Positions 48,741-59,905 of a DNA stretch of 64,000 bases are shown piece by piece. The notes beneath the pieces are model-generated. The model was not told where the DNA came from. It worked only from the letters and a program-made list of their open reading frames with translations, and made no database searches. The translations under genes and the position numbers were made by a program. This DNA is from Candidatus Cloacimonadales bacterium (lineage in GTDB: Bacteria; Cloacimonadota; Cloacimonadia; Cloacimonadales; JAFGVF01): contig CAXXOU010000004.1 of NCBI GenBank assembly GCA_963677495.2, positions 928,001 to 992,000 on the forward strand. Reading direction: 5' to 3'. Position 1 is the stretch's first letter. Every line of letters begins with the position of its first letter.

Positions 48741-49736
48741 ATGAAGCGTAAAGAAGTCGTATCTTTAGTACTTTTGATACTAGTGTTGGGTTTAGGGTTT
48801 TGGCAATATAAGAACAGGAAATATACAGATAAACGCAGTAGAATTATGTTAGATACTATCGTTGAGATATCAGTATCATCTCAACACAAAGATATTCTCC
48901 CGATAATTGAGAAAGGTTTTACGTTAGTTGAGCATTATGAGCAGAAGTTCAGTGAATATAGAGATAGTTCTCTAGTTTGGACTATTAATCATTCAAACGG
49001 CCATCCTGTAGATATAGATGCAGAAACTTATGAACTTCTTAAATACGCAGAACAGCTTTATAAAGATACGGATGGTGCTTTTGATGTGACAGTCGGTACA
49101 GTTGTGAATGCATGGGATTTTGATAATAAAAAAGTTCCTACAGAGACAGAACTGGCAGAAGCACTTAAGTACGTTGGCTTCGATAAGATTAAATATAATG
49201 AAAAAGAGATAATCGTACCTGCAGGAACAAAGTTAACATTTGGAGCCATAGCTAAAGGTTACATTTTAGATAGAGTTGCTGAAGAACTTGCTAAAGAGGA
49301 TATAGTTTGTGGATATATCACAACTAGAAGTAGCTATAGATCTTTTGGTGCTGAAAGACGTATTCAAAGGGTCGGTATCCAGCATCCAAGAAAGTTGAAT
49401 GAACTTGTTTCTATATTGAAACTAAAAGAGCAAGCGATTGGAACTTCCGGGGATTATCAAAGATATTTTGAGATTGATGATGTACGTTATCATCATATAT
49501 TGAATGCAAAAACCGGTAAACCTGTAAGAGATGTATTCTCGGTTACAGTAATAGCTGGAAATGCCTTTATCGCTGATGGATTGTCTACAGCTGTGTTTGT
49601 TATGGAACCTCAGAAAGCAATTGATTACATAAAATCAGTTGATAACTGTGAAGCAGTGATTTATCATCAGGATGGGGAAGAGATTATAGCTCTAAAAACT
49701 CTAGGAATGAAAGACTTATTAGAAGATGAAAAATAA
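48741..49736 (+). CDS. apbE: FAD:protein FMN transferase
   Basis: TDGAFDVTVG, FGAIAKGYILD, VGIQHPR, GTSGDYQRYF, RYHHIL, ADGLSTA; start at MKRKEVV after GAGGA. Confidence 0.93.
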   Translation: MKRKEVVSLVLLILVLGLGFWQYKNRKYTDKRSRIMLDTIVEISVSSQHKDILPIIEKGFTLVEHYEQKFSEYRDSSLVWTINHSNGHPVDIDAETYELLKYAEQLYKDTDGAFDVTVGTVVNAWDFDNKKVPTETELAEALKYVGFDKIKYNEKEIIVPAGTKLTFGAIAKGYILDRVAEELAKEDIVCGYITTRSSYRSFGAERRIQRVGIQHPRKLNELVSILKLKEQAIGTSGDYQRYFEIDDVRYHHILNAKTGKPVRDVFSVTVIAGNAFIADGLSTAVFVMEPQKAIDYIKSVDNCEAVIYHQDGEEIIALKTLGMKDLLEDEK

Positions 49737-50502
49737 ACAAGATATCCAAAGTTTGCCTGATGAACGTAATGTTCATATTGATAAGGTCGGAGTTAAGGAT
49801 GTTAAGTATCCAATTATTGTAGATGATAAAATAAATGGAACACAGCAAACAATAGCTGACTTAGATATATATGTGCAACTTCCTCATCATCATAGAGGAA
49901 CACATATGTCACGTTTTCTGGAAGTCTTGAATGAATTCCACAAAGACTCATTAGTAGATAAGCTTCCTGAGTTTCTTGTAGAGATAAAGAAAAGACTTAA
50001 TGCTGAAGCTTCTTTTGTAAATGTACGCTTCCCGTATTTCGTTAGAAAGACTGCCCCTGTTTCAGGTATCAGTTCCTTACTAGACTATTCCTGTTTCTTT
50101 GAAGCAAGTCATAAAGATAAGTATGAGTTGATACTTGGAGTTGTTGTCCCAGTAACCTCATTATGCCCATGTTCAAAAGAGATTAGTGAGTATGGTGCAC
50201 ATAACCAACGCTCTCACATTACTATTAAGGTGAAGTTTGAAGAGTTTGTTTGGCTTGAGGACCTCATTACTATAGCAGAGGAGACAGCCAGTTGTGAAGT
50301 CTACCCACTTCTGAAACGAGTAGATGAGAAGTATGTTACTGAAAAAGCATATGACAATCCACGTTTTGTGGAAGATATAGTTAGAGAAGTCGCTGTGAGA
50401 CTTAGAGCGGATAAGCGTGTAACCGGGTTCAGAGTGGAATCAGAGAACTTTGAATCTATCCATAACCATAGCGCTTACGCATTTGTTGAGGAGAATTTTT
50501 AA
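49726..50502 (+). CDS. folE2: GTP cyclohydrolase IB
   Basis: IDKVGVK, RGTHMSRF, TSLCPCSKEIS.YGAHNQRS, NPRFVED, ESIHNHSA. Confidence 0.96.
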   Translation: MKNKQDIQSLPDERNVHIDKVGVKDVKYPIIVDDKINGTQQTIADLDIYVQLPHHHRGTHMSRFLEVLNEFHKDSLVDKLPEFLVEIKKRLNAEASFVNVRFPYFVRKTAPVSGISSLLDYSCFFEASHKDKYELILGVVVPVTSLCPCSKEISEYGAHNQRSHITIKVKFEEFVWLEDLITIAEETASCEVYPLLKRVDEKYVTEKAYDNPRFVEDIVREVAVRLRADKRVTGFRVESENFESIHNHSAYAFVEENF

Positions 50503-50507
50503 AACTA

Positions 50508-53042
50508 ATGATAAAGAATAGAACTAAAGACTTTACGCTCGATAACGGGTTTAAAGTCATACATACACAGGATAATAGTAGAGGTATTGTTGCCCTACAG
50601 GTTTACATCAAATGTGGCTCAGTGTGGGAATCACCTGAAGAAGCGGGATATTCTCACTTTATGGAGCATCTTGTGTTTAAAAGCACGACGAGTTATCCGA
50701 ACAACAGTTTAATGGATATTGCTTCATCTCTGGGTGGAGCAATTAATGCTTATACAGAATATGATTCAACTTGCTTCTATATTACGATCCCTTCCGAGTA
50801 TATTAGAGAGGGTGTTAAGATTCTTTCCGAACTTGTGCATTCAGCAAACTTCAATGAAAAGGAGTTCAAGTCTGAAAGACAGGTTGTAATTGAGGAGCTT
50901 AAACAGTATCAAAACGACCCGGAAGAGAACTTCATTGAGAAGATACCTGCTGTGTTCTTTGAACATAATCCCTATAGGAATCCGATTGTTGGGACAATGG
51001 AGAGTTTGAAGAGCTCTACACCTGAAAAACTGAGAGAGTTTTACCATAAACACTATCGTCCTGATAACTGCTTCTTTGTCGTTTCAGGTGATTACCAATT
51101 AGAAGAGTTGAACTCGATAGTAGATGATTACTTTGCTACCTGGAATTCTACAGACTCAGATGAGATTGTAATTAAACCGGAAGAGTTTCCTAAAGGATTT
51201 AAATACTCTTTCATTGAGAGCAAAATTAGAAAAGACCTAGTTGCATTTGTTGTGCCTGAGCCTTCTGATCTTCATCCTGATGCCCATTCTCACAATATGA
51301 CAATGAAGGCATTTGCTTCAGGGAAAAGCTCAATATTATGGAAACGACTTTATCTTCAAGAACAATTGGTTGATTCAGTTAAACTTTATTCATTCAGTGG
51401 TCGTAATGATGGTTTAGCAGCAGTGGTTGTATTCCCTAAGAAGAATAAGGATATACCATCAATATATAGAATCATTCTTGAAGAATTAGCAAGATTGAAG
51501 CGTTATGGACTAAGCAGTGAAGCTATTAGGAAGCATAGATTGGATCTTGAAAACTCATATAAATATGGGTTTGAGTTTATTGAAAGCCTTAGCTCAAGTC
51601 TTGGTAGTGAAGAGATACTTGGTGATTATAACTATCTTTATGAATATCCGGTCAAGATAGCACAAGTGAACTCTATGACTGTTAAGAAAGTGATTAACAA
51701 TCTTATCAATATAGAGCATACTCAGATCGCACATACAGGAAAAGTTAGTGTTGATGAAAATGAACTTCGTAAGATATATAACGAATTTTATGAGCATAAA
51801 GATGAAGAGATATCAACTAAGAAGTATGAAGAGTTTGAACTACCAAATGGTGTTACACTTCAGCTAAAGAAAGTAACAGGAAAGCCAACAGTAGGTCTTG
51901 CTGCATCATTCAAAGTCTCACAATTAGATGAACCTGCAGAACTTCGAGGTATCAATGCAATGACTGTTGCAATGCTTCAGTATGGTAATATTAAAAGAGA
52001 TTATGAATCATTATTGGAGTATTGTGTTGAGAATGGCATTAGTCTCACATGTGATCCTATGGTTGATTGTACAGTCATTAAGTCAAAATGCTTTAGCGAC
52101 AGATTATCTCAAACAGTAGCACTACTTGCTGATGTGATTGAGCAACCACTTTTCCCAATGAGTCATGTTAAACAGTTTAAGAATACTTGTCTTAGTGCTT
52201 TGGATCGTATCAAGGATTATCCGGCATCCATGGCACACAAGAAGTATAAAAAGCTTTTACTCGGTGATACAAGTAGGTATGTAAGCAGCATAGGTGAGAA
52301 GAAGCATGTTAAAGCTCTTACAAGGCAGAAAGTGATAGATTGGTATGATAAGTATTACAAGAATACTAAGATAAACATAGCTGTTGTTGGTGATATAGAC
52401 TTCTTGGAAGTAAAGCAGATGTTTGAGAAATATTTCAAGATTAAGAGAACTAAGCAAGGCAAGAAAAGAAGATTAAACAATGAAATAATCAACTTCGGTA
52501 CTAAAGTAATTGATACAAAACAGACTCAAGCAGTGATAAATTGCGGTGGAAAGAGCTGTTCCTATTCACAAAAGGAGTATAATACTTCTTTCTTTGTTCT
52601 TTCTCAAATCATTGGTGGAGATATGAACTCCCGTTTGTTTGAACTTCTTCGAGAGGAGCATGGTCTTGCTTATAGTGTAAGTTTTGAGAACAACTCATTC
52701 TGTGACTTTGGATACTTCAATGTGAACTGCATTACTGACAGAGATAGTGATAAGTTTGCTTTGAAATTAATTAAAGAAACTTTGCTTGACATTGCAGTGA
52801 ATGGTGTGACAGAAGAGGAGTTGGTTATAGCTAAAAACTATATTAAAGGCCAACGACTAATCGGGGAAGAGAGCATGATGACACAAGCAAAGATTATTAG
52901 CTATCTGAAAGCTCTCGGTTATGATTACACATATTATCTAACAAGAGATAAAAGATTAGAGGATGTTACCGTTGAAAGCATCAAGCATGTTGCTTCACTA
53001 TACTTCAAAGCCGGTAACTTCAATACGCTAATCTACAAATAA
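50508..53042 (+). CDS. M16 (pitrilysin-family) zinc peptidase, tandem domains
   Basis: GYSHFMEHLVFK (HxxEH), INAYT, SRLFELLREEHGLAYSV. Confidence 0.92.
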   Translation: MIKNRTKDFTLDNGFKVIHTQDNSRGIVALQVYIKCGSVWESPEEAGYSHFMEHLVFKSTTSYPNNSLMDIASSLGGAINAYTEYDSTCFYITIPSEYIREGVKILSELVHSANFNEKEFKSERQVVIEELKQYQNDPEENFIEKIPAVFFEHNPYRNPIVGTMESLKSSTPEKLREFYHKHYRPDNCFFVVSGDYQLEELNSIVDDYFATWNSTDSDEIVIKPEEFPKGFKYSFIESKIRKDLVAFVVPEPSDLHPDAHSHNMTMKAFASGKSSILWKRLYLQEQLVDSVKLYSFSGRNDGLAAVVVFPKKNKDIPSIYRIILEELARLKRYGLSSEAIRKHRLDLENSYKYGFEFIESLSSSLGSEEILGDYNYLYEYPVKIAQVNSMTVKKVINNLINIEHTQIAHTGKVSVDENELRKIYNEFYEHKDEEISTKKYEEFELPNGVTLQLKKVTGKPTVGLAASFKVSQLDEPAELRGINAMTVAMLQYGNIKRDYESLLEYCVENGISLTCDPMVDCTVIKSKCFSDRLSQTVALLADVIEQPLFPMSHVKQFKNTCLSALDRIKDYPASMAHKKYKKLLLGDTSRYVSSIGEKKHVKALTRQKVIDWYDKYYKNTKINIAVVGDIDFLEVKQMFEKYFKIKRTKQGKKRRLNNEIINFGTKVIDTKQTQAVINCGGKSCSYSQKEYNTSFFVLSQIIGGDMNSRLFELLREEHGLAYSVSFENNSFCDFGYFNVNCITDRDSDKFALKLIKETLLDIAVNGVTEEELVIAKNYIKGQRLIGEESMMTQAKIISYLKALGYDYTYYLTRDKRLEDVTVESIKHVASLYFKAGNFNTLIYK

Positions 53043-53052
53043 GGTTTATATA

Positions 53053-55875
53053 ATGAAAGAAAAGATAATCATTAAAGGTGCAAGTGAACATAATCTAAAG
53101 AAGATTGATGTAGTGATTCCAAGAAACAAACTTGTAGTGTTTACAGGGGTTTCAGGTTCAGGTAAATCATCTCTTGCATTTGATACACTTTACGCAGAAG
53201 GACAAAGACGCTATGTAGAGTCTCTTTCTGCATATGCACGCCAGTTCCTTGGGCAGATGGAGAAACCTAAAGTTGATTATATCGAAGGTTTATCTCCTGC
53301 TATCTCAATTGAACAGAAAGCAGCAAGTAAGAACCCTCGTTCAACAGTTGGTACTGTAACAGAGATTTATGACTACCTAAGAATCCTATTCGCAAGAGTA
53401 GGTGTACAGCATTGTCCTGAATGTGGTAAAGAGATTGGTGCTCAGTCAGTAGATCAGATGATAGAGCATATAATGAAGCATGGGGATAAGACTAAACTTC
53501 AAATCTTAGCACCTTTAGTACAAAACAGAAAGGGTACTCATGCCGAGGTGATTCAGGAAGCTAAGGATGAAGGATTCGCTCGTATCAAGATTAATGGGGT
53601 TGTAAGACAACTCGATGAAGAGATTGTCCTTGATAAGAAGAGTAAACACACAATCGAAGTTGTGGTTGATAGAATTGTATTGAAAGATGGGATAGAGGGT
53701 CGTTTAACTGACTCATTAGAAACTGCTCTTAAGCTTGCTGATGGAATGGTTAAGATTGACTATGTAGAAGAGGAACATGAGGAACTGTTATCAGAGCAAT
53801 ATGCTTGTTCTGATTGTGGAATTGGTTTTGAAGAGTTATCGCCACAACACTTTTCATTTAATAGCCCGATTGGTGCTTGCCCTGAATGTAATGGTCTTGG
53901 TTATAAACTTGAAATAGACCCAGAGTTGGTTGTTCCTAATCCTAAACTCTCATTACGTAGAGGAGCTGTAGCAGCTTGGGGACCTTTAGGCAGGAAAACA
54001 GATAGCTGGACTTATCAGCAGATTCTTGCTTATGCTAAAGAACTGGATTTCTCACTTGAAACTCCATGGAAAGACTTACCAAAAGCAATACAGGATTTCC
54101 TATTATATGGTAAGAAGCGCAAAAAATTCCGTGTTAAATGGGAACGTAATGGTGCTATCTATGAGTTTGATTCTAAGCATGAGGGTATAATCAATACACT
54201 TGCCAGAAGAATGAAGGATACAAACTCTGAAGGTGCAAGACGCTATTACATGCGATATGTCAGTGATAAACCATGTTCTGTTTGTAACGGAACTAAGCTT
54301 AAACCTCAAAGTCGCTCAGTCCTCATAGAGAAAAAGAACATTACTGACGTAACTTCAATGACTATTCAGGAAGCTGAAAACTTCTTCACAGGTTTAAATC
54401 TTGAAGGTAACAAACTGATTATTGCGGAAGAAGTACTTAAAGAGATTAATGCAAGACTCGGTTTCTTAATGTCTGTTGGATTGCATTACCTTAACCTTGA
54501 TAGAAGATCTCCAACACTTTCCGGTGGTGAATCCCAAAGAATCAGATTGGCAAGTCAGATTGGTTCGCAGCTTGTAGGAGTTATGTACATTCTCGATGAA
54601 CCAAGTATTGGTCTTCATCAGCGTGATAATGATAGACTTATTCATATGCTTACAAAGCTTCGTGACCTTGGAAACACAGTCATTGTGGTTGAGCATGATG
54701 AAGATACAATCAGAACTGCTGATGAGATTCTAGATTTCGGACCACGAGCCGGTGTTTTTGGTGGTGATATTGTAGCACAAGGTTCACTAAAGAAGATTCT
54801 TCATAATAAGAAATCACTTACAGCCCAGTATCTGAGTGGAAAGCTAAGTATTGATGTTCCGGAAGAGAGACTTACACCGGGAGAGCATAAACTTGTTATC
54901 AAAGGTGCAAAGCACAATAACCTTAAAAATCTTGATGTAGAGATTCCTCTCGGTCTCTTTGTTTGTGTTACAGGTGTTTCAGGTTCAGGTAAGAGTTCAC
55001 TTATTAACCAGACACTTTATCCTGCATTGAACAATCACTTCTACAAGTCTTCAATGAAGATAGGTAAACATGAAGAGATTCTCGGATTAGAGCATATTGA
55101 TAAGATTATAAGTATCGACCAGCAACCTATTGGTCGTACTCCACGTTCTAATCCTTCAACATATATTAAGCTTTTTGACCATATTCGTAACCTTTTCGCT
55201 GAGCTTCCTGCTTCTAAGATTAGAGGTTATAAACCGGGACGCTTCTCTTTTAATGTAAAGGGTGGACGTTGCGAATCATGTCAGGGAGCAGGTGTAAAGC
55301 AGATTGAGATGCATTTCTTATCTGATGTGTTCGTTACTTGCGAAGTTTGTAAAGGAAAGCGTTATAACAATGAGACTTTGAGTGTGAAGTATAAAGGTCT
55401 TAGTATCTCAGAAGTGCTTGATCTTGATGTACAACAGGCGATTGAATACTTTGAGAACTTCCCACCGATAAAGCGTAAACTTCAGACACTACATGATGTT
55501 GGACTTGATTACGTAAAACTTGGTCAACCATCGACAACTCTTTCTGGTGGTGAAGCCCAGAGAATCAAGCTGGCAAAAGAGCTTAGTAAGACAAGTACAG
55601 GTAACACATTATATGTCCTTGATGAACCTACAACAGGTCTTCATTTCGATGATATAAACAGACTGATGAAGGTTCTTCAGCGTTTAGTAGCAATGGGTAA
55701 CAGTGTGATTGTTATCGAGCATAATATGGATGTTATTAAAACAGCAGATTATATTATTGACCTTGGACCTGAAGGTGGAGATGGTGGTGGAACAATCGTC
55801 ACAACCGGAACACCGGAAGAGGTTGTGAAGTGCAAGAAATCATATACAGGTAAGTATTTAAAGAAACATTTATAG
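53053..55875 (+). CDS. uvrA: Excinuclease ABC subunit A
   Basis: Two GVSGSGKSS Walker A motifs, LSGGE signatures, zinc fingers, [17 protein letters not shown]. Confidence 0.98.
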   Translation: MKEKIIIKGASEHNLKKIDVVIPRNKLVVFTGVSGSGKSSLAFDTLYAEGQRRYVESLSAYARQFLGQMEKPKVDYIEGLSPAISIEQKAASKNPRSTVGTVTEIYDYLRILFARVGVQHCPECGKEIGAQSVDQMIEHIMKHGDKTKLQILAPLVQNRKGTHAEVIQEAKDEGFARIKINGVVRQLDEEIVLDKKSKHTIEVVVDRIVLKDGIEGRLTDSLETALKLADGMVKIDYVEEEHEELLSEQYACSDCGIGFEELSPQHFSFNSPIGACPECNGLGYKLEIDPELVVPNPKLSLRRGAVAAWGPLGRKTDSWTYQQILAYAKELDFSLETPWKDLPKAIQDFLLYGKKRKKFRVKWERNGAIYEFDSKHEGIINTLARRMKDTNSEGARRYYMRYVSDKPCSVCNGTKLKPQSRSVLIEKKNITDVTSMTIQEAENFFTGLNLEGNKLIIAEEVLKEINARLGFLMSVGLHYLNLDRRSPTLSGGESQRIRLASQIGSQLVGVMYILDEPSIGLHQRDNDRLIHMLTKLRDLGNTVIVVEHDEDTIRTADEILDFGPRAGVFGGDIVAQGSLKKILHNKKSLTAQYLSGKLSIDVPEERLTPGEHKLVIKGAKHNNLKNLDVEIPLGLFVCVTGVSGSGKSSLINQTLYPALNNHFYKSSMKIGKHEEILGLEHIDKIISIDQQPIGRTPRSNPSTYIKLFDHIRNLFAELPASKIRGYKPGRFSFNVKGGRCESCQGAGVKQIEMHFLSDVFVTCEVCKGKRYNNETLSVKYKGLSISEVLDLDVQQAIEYFENFPPIKRKLQTLHDVGLDYVKLGQPSTTLSGGEAQRIKLAKELSKTSTGNTLYVLDEPTTGLHFDDINRLMKVLQRLVAMGNSVIVIEHNMDVIKTADYIIDLGPEGGDGGGTIVTTGTPEEVVKCKKSYTGKYLKKHL

Positions 55876-55896
55876 AGAATTATAGAGGAGATATAG

Positions 55897-56856
55897 ATGC
55901 TCAGCTTTGTTAAAAAACTTAAGAGTAAACTCGCTAAAACAAAGAGCAGTTTTGTAGGGAAGATTGCCGAGACCATTAAACTTCGTGGTAAGGTTGATGA
56001 AGAGCTCATGGAGGAGCTTGAGGAGATACTCATTCGCTCCGATGTTGGTGTGAACATGAGTATTGAGATTATTGAGAAGCTTCGTGAAGAGGTACGCTAT
56101 CATAAATATACACAATCTGATGATGTACTTAATGCTCTTCAGAAGATTATGGGTGATTTCCTTCTGAAGGATTATGAAGATCTACCAACTCACTTTGATT
56201 TAGATAAGAAGAAACCGTTCATTTTCCTCTTCATCGGTGTGAATGGTGTTGGTAAAACTACTACCATTGGTAAGCTTGCAAGTCGTTATGCGAAAGAGGG
56301 CAAGAAAGTTCTTCTCATTGCAGGTGACACTTTCCGTGCAGCAGCTATCGAACAGCTTACTATCTGGTCAGAGCGTTCTGGAGTTTCTATAGTTAAGCGT
56401 GAGCAGGACTCTGATCCTTCTTCAGTTGTTTATGATGGAATTGCATCTGCTATAAGTAAAGACTATGACGTTGTTCTCATAGATACTGCAGGTAGACAGC
56501 ATAATAAAGTAAACCTGATGAACGAGTTAAACAAAATCGAAAGAACAATAAAGAAACTTGTACCTGAAGGACCAACAGAGACAATCCTTGTGGTTGATGC
56601 AACTACAGGTCAGAATGCTGTGACACAAGCAAAAACATTCAATAAGGTAGTAGAGCTCAGTGGTCTTGCTTTAACCAAGATGGATGGTACTGCTAAAGGT
56701 GGTGTTGTTCTCGGTATCAAGCATGAACTTAATATTCCTATTAGGCTTATTGGTATCGGTGAAGGTATCGATGATTTGAAAGACTTTGATGTTAAAGATT
56801 TCGTTGAAGCTATGTTCACTGCTGATTCAAGCACTGAGAGTGGGGAAGAGGAATGA
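55897..56856 (+). CDS. ftsY: Signal recognition particle receptor
   Basis: GVNGVGKTTTIGKLA, DTFRAAAIEQL, DTAGR, TKMDGTAKGG. Confidence 0.97.
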   Translation: MLSFVKKLKSKLAKTKSSFVGKIAETIKLRGKVDEELMEELEEILIRSDVGVNMSIEIIEKLREEVRYHKYTQSDDVLNALQKIMGDFLLKDYEDLPTHFDLDKKKPFIFLFIGVNGVGKTTTIGKLASRYAKEGKKVLLIAGDTFRAAAIEQLTIWSERSGVSIVKREQDSDPSSVVYDGIASAISKDYDVVLIDTAGRQHNKVNLMNELNKIERTIKKLVPEGPTETILVVDATTGQNAVTQAKTFNKVVELSGLALTKMDGTAKGGVVLGIKHELNIPIRLIGIGEGIDDLKDFDVKDFVEAMFTADSSTESGEEE

Positions 56857-57410
56857 AGAAGTATATAATCCTTCTTCTCACAGTCATAGCTGTTTCAACA
56901 TTGTTTGCTGTTTCGGGTCTGCGTGAAAGCATTATCCAGGGACTGGAAGCAAGAAATTTAGACCCACGTTTAATCATAGTACTAATCTCTATGCTACCAA
57001 TTATTGAGCTTAGGGGAGCTATTCCTGTAGCCATTCTTATGTTTGGTCTACCATGGTATGAAGCAGTGATGTGGGCGGTACTTGGAAATATGATTCCTAT
57101 CCCAATCTTGATAATCTTCATTGGTTGGCTTGATAAAGTCGCACATAAAATACCGATTCTAAGAAGATTCCTAGATTGGCTCTTTGCCAGAACCCGTAAG
57201 AAAGGTAAATCAATCGAACTCTATAAAGAGATAGGTCTAACACTCTTCGTAGCTGTTCCACTGCCTGTAACTGGTGGCTGGACAGGTGCAATGGCATGTT
57301 ATCTCTTCGGGCTTAAGTTCTGGAAGTCACTAATCTGTATCTTTGCAGGTGTTCTCATTGCATCAGGTATTATGACAGCTCTTTCATTAGCAGGTAAAAT
57401 AGCTTTATAA
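56853..57410 (+). CDS. Small multidrug export-like membrane protein (COG2426)
   Basis: SMLPIIELRGAIP, GNMIP, LFVAVPLPVTGGWTG. Confidence 0.88.
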   Translation: MKKYIILLLTVIAVSTLFAVSGLRESIIQGLEARNLDPRLIIVLISMLPIIELRGAIPVAILMFGLPWYEAVMWAVLGNMIPIPILIIFIGWLDKVAHKIPILRRFLDWLFARTRKKGKSIELYKEIGLTLFVAVPLPVTGGWTGAMACYLFGLKFWKSLICIFAGVLIASGIMTALSLAGKIAL

Positions 57411-57431
57411 GCAATAACTTAAATAGTTTTT

Positions 57432-57459
57432 AAAAGCAGTGGTCAGCCACTGCTTTTTT
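57432..57459 (+). terminator. Intrinsic terminator of the apbE-ftsY run
   Basis: AAAAGCAGTGG-TCAG-CCACTGCTTTTTT. Confidence 0.88.
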
Positions 57460-57460
57460 A

Positions 57461-57547
57461 GTAGGACATGCTACCAGCTTGTCCGCTTAGCGAAGCTAAG
57501 CATATTCCCCTCTCGTAGAGGGGTGCCGTTTTAACGGTGGGGTGTTT
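57461..57547 (+). repeat. GTAG-type repeat fused to a DUF559-associated repeat
   Basis: GTAGGACATGCTACCAGCTTGTCCGCTTAGCGAAGCTAAGC then ATTCCCCTCTCGTAGAGGGGTGCCGTTTTAACGGTGGGGTGTTT. Confidence 0.88.
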
Positions 57548-57598
57548 CTTCCTTCGAGGTAACCATTTGCAAGGTTTTCAACCATTCCAAAGGTACAG

Positions 57599-57723
57599 AT
57601 TTTAGTGTTTCAGATATCAGCCCTTGGGCAGAACATGAATAGCTATGGGTGCAAACATTATAATATTTTAGTGTTTCAGATATCAGCCCTTTGGGCTGAA
57701 CATGAATAGCTATGGGTGCAAAC
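57599..57723. repeat. ~58-bp near-perfect direct repeat, 66-bp period, containing palindromes
   Basis: ATTTTAGTGTTTCAGATATCAGCCCTT(T)GGGC(A/T)GAACATGAATAGCTATGGGTGCAAAC at 57599 and 57665. Confidence 0.9.
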
Positions 57724-58143
57724 CCATAGAAATGAGACATAAACAAACCCCAGCCCTTAGGGCTGAATAATTGCTTTATACACACATCTTATATTTTTTA
57801 TACGTGGAGACACCTAGGGGCTTAAGAAAGTTTATGATAGAGCATTTAACCACCAGATGAATCTGGTGGCTCTGGGAAGCATTTGCATATCAGTTTTAAC
57901 AGCTATTTCACTCTCACTCCTCTGCCATAATTACTATTCATTAGATATCTCAATCTTATCAAATTCGAGTCTAAAACCTGTTAAAGAATAACTACATTTC
58001 AAAAGGGATTCAACAGGTGTCTCATTCGAGATGGATGATAATTGTAGCAGAGCAGTGACGGTTTCATGATTTTGAGATTCATTTAAAAGGTTTCATATTT
58101 TATTCTGCTGGATCTCTGCTGAAAGTCTGATATCCACACCTAC

Positions 58144-58224
58144 TTTACTCCCGAGCCTCCCGGGGGCCTCTCGGGGATAGGCGGGGGAGGGCCCCGAGTG
58201 GTCCCCGTGTGCGACGGGAGAAAA
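58144..58224. repeat. GC-rich 11-bp-period dyad array, CGGGG/CCCCG family
   Basis: CGGGG at 58161, 58172, (GGGGG 58183); CCCCG at 58192, 58203; outer IR TTTACTCCCG/CGGGAGAAAA. Confidence 0.65.
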
Positions 58225-58428
58225 TACCAGAATTCCATCAGACATTCCTCAAACGATTTCATACTATTATTCACTATCTTACTATTATTCTTAAATACCT
58301 TAACTCCCAATTTGCACCTAATCCAATTGCTGTCAATGGCAGTGAGAAATGGTACACGATGGCAGTGAAAAGTGGTACAAAACTGCCAACCTTTAAAAAT
58401 GACTACTTCAAGACAGTTTGGAGTAGGT

Positions 58429-59904
58429 ATGATTGGAGTAGAAGTGTATCATTCAATAAAAACTATGCATAAGCAAGGGCATAGTCAGCGTAAGATCGCA
58501 GAGGAGTTGTCTCTATCAAAGACAACAGTAGGTAAATACATAAATATGACACTTGATGAGTTCATGGAACTAATAAACAATAGCATTCGTGAAAGCAGTT
58601 TTGCCATATGTGAGCAATATGTCCGCGAAAGGCTTAGCAAATATCCACGATTAAGAGCTAGTGTACTATATTTAGAAGTTAAGAAAAAGTTCCCTGAGAT
58701 AAAAGCAAAAGACAGAGCTTTCCGAGATTTTGTTCGTAAGCTAAAGCAGACTTATCCTGTCGATAAATACCGTAATTATGCAGTAATCGAGACGGCTCCC
58801 GGTGTTCAGGTTCAAGTTGATCCAGGTGAGATGAAAGTAGTTTTGGGTAATAAACGTCAAAGAGTTTATTTTATAGTTTTTGTGCTTTCCCACTCGCGTC
58901 AAAGCTATGTCCATTGGAGCACAACACCATATAACACATCAAGGTTTATTGAAGCTCATCGTGAAGCTTTTATCTATTTTGAAGGTATCCCTTCAGAGTG
59001 TGTTTACGACCAGACAAAGCTTGTAGTAATACAGGAACGCTATCGGGAAGTAATCTTAAATAATCAGTTCCATCAGTTTGCAGCAAAAACGGGCTTTCAT
59101 CCTCATGTATGCGAAGGCTATGATCCACAAAGCAAGGGTAAAGTAGAGCGTAATGTCTCAGAAGTAAAGCATGGCTTTATGTATGGCAAAGAGTTCAAAG
59201 ACCTGGCAGACCTGCGTTCACGCGGACTTGAGTGGCTTTTACACTTTAACGGCAGAACCCATGGCACAACCCGTAAAGTACCATCAGAAGTATGGCAAGA
59301 AGAGAGGTTAAAGCTAAAAGATATTCCAGAGTTTATCTTCACTTTAGAAGTTCGTAATGCAGATAAAACAGGCTTAATCTCGTATGAGGGTAATAAGTAC
59401 TCTGTTCCATTAGAGTATCAGCGAAAACAGGTATATGTGCAAAAAGAAAAGAGCACTTTAGTGGTGATGGATATTTATACAAGAAAGGAAATCTGCCAAC
59501 ATGAGCTATGCACAGAAAAAGGCAAAATCATCAAAAACACTAATCATTATCGGGATTTTACGGTAGTGCTACAAGAGCTTATTGAGCGAGTAAAGGATGA
59601 GATGAGTGAATATATCCAAGGAGAAGAACTAATCCAGAGGCTTGTTAATGATAACCCTAAAATAGCAAGGGATCAGTTGAGAGCCTTAAGCAAGTTTAAG
59701 CGTAACTATGAAACAGATGTATGGGAGTCAGTGCTTCCTGAGGTAATGACTCTTTCGCATGTAAAGGCAACAGCCATAGAGAAGCTTCTGAATGCAAAAG
59801 TAAGACAAATGAAGCTAAATGAATTATCAGAATCAGAACCACAACAAGACTCAGAGAGTTCATTAATAGAGCGCTCATTAGATGACTACATGAAGGTGTT
59901 ATAA
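58429..59904 (+). CDS. istA: IS21 transposase
   Basis: N-terminal HTH (SQRKIAEELSLSKTTVGKY), ETAPGVQVQVD, VYDQ, PQSKGKVER, HGTT, YSVP; start taken at MIGVEVY. Confidence 0.95.
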   Translation: MIGVEVYHSIKTMHKQGHSQRKIAEELSLSKTTVGKYINMTLDEFMELINNSIRESSFAICEQYVRERLSKYPRLRASVLYLEVKKKFPEIKAKDRAFRDFVRKLKQTYPVDKYRNYAVIETAPGVQVQVDPGEMKVVLGNKRQRVYFIVFVLSHSRQSYVHWSTTPYNTSRFIEAHREAFIYFEGIPSECVYDQTKLVVIQERYREVILNNQFHQFAAKTGFHPHVCEGYDPQSKGKVERNVSEVKHGFMYGKEFKDLADLRSRGLEWLLHFNGRTHGTTRKVPSEVWQEERLKLKDIPEFIFTLEVRNADKTGLISYEGNKYSVPLEYQRKQVYVQKEKSTLVVMDIYTRKEICQHELCTEKGKIIKNTNHYRDFTVVLQELIERVKDEMSEYIQGEELIQRLVNDNPKIARDQLRALSKFKRNYETDVWESVLPEVMTLSHVKATAIEKLLNAKVRQMKLNELSESEPQQDSESSLIERSLDDYMKVL

Positions 59905-59905
59905 G

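Noticed and set aside
53000..53053. SOS box upstream of uvrA
   Set aside because: uvrA starts 10 bp after the M16 gene and no recognisable LexA palindrome is visible.
57599..57723. CRISPR-like 66-bp periodicity
   Set aside because: Nearly the whole unit is duplicated with only ~8 unique bases and two copies; it is a tandem duplication.
57531..58472. ORFs 57531-57785 and 58209-58472
   Set aside because: Made of repeat sequence or spanning the IS left end; no protein features.
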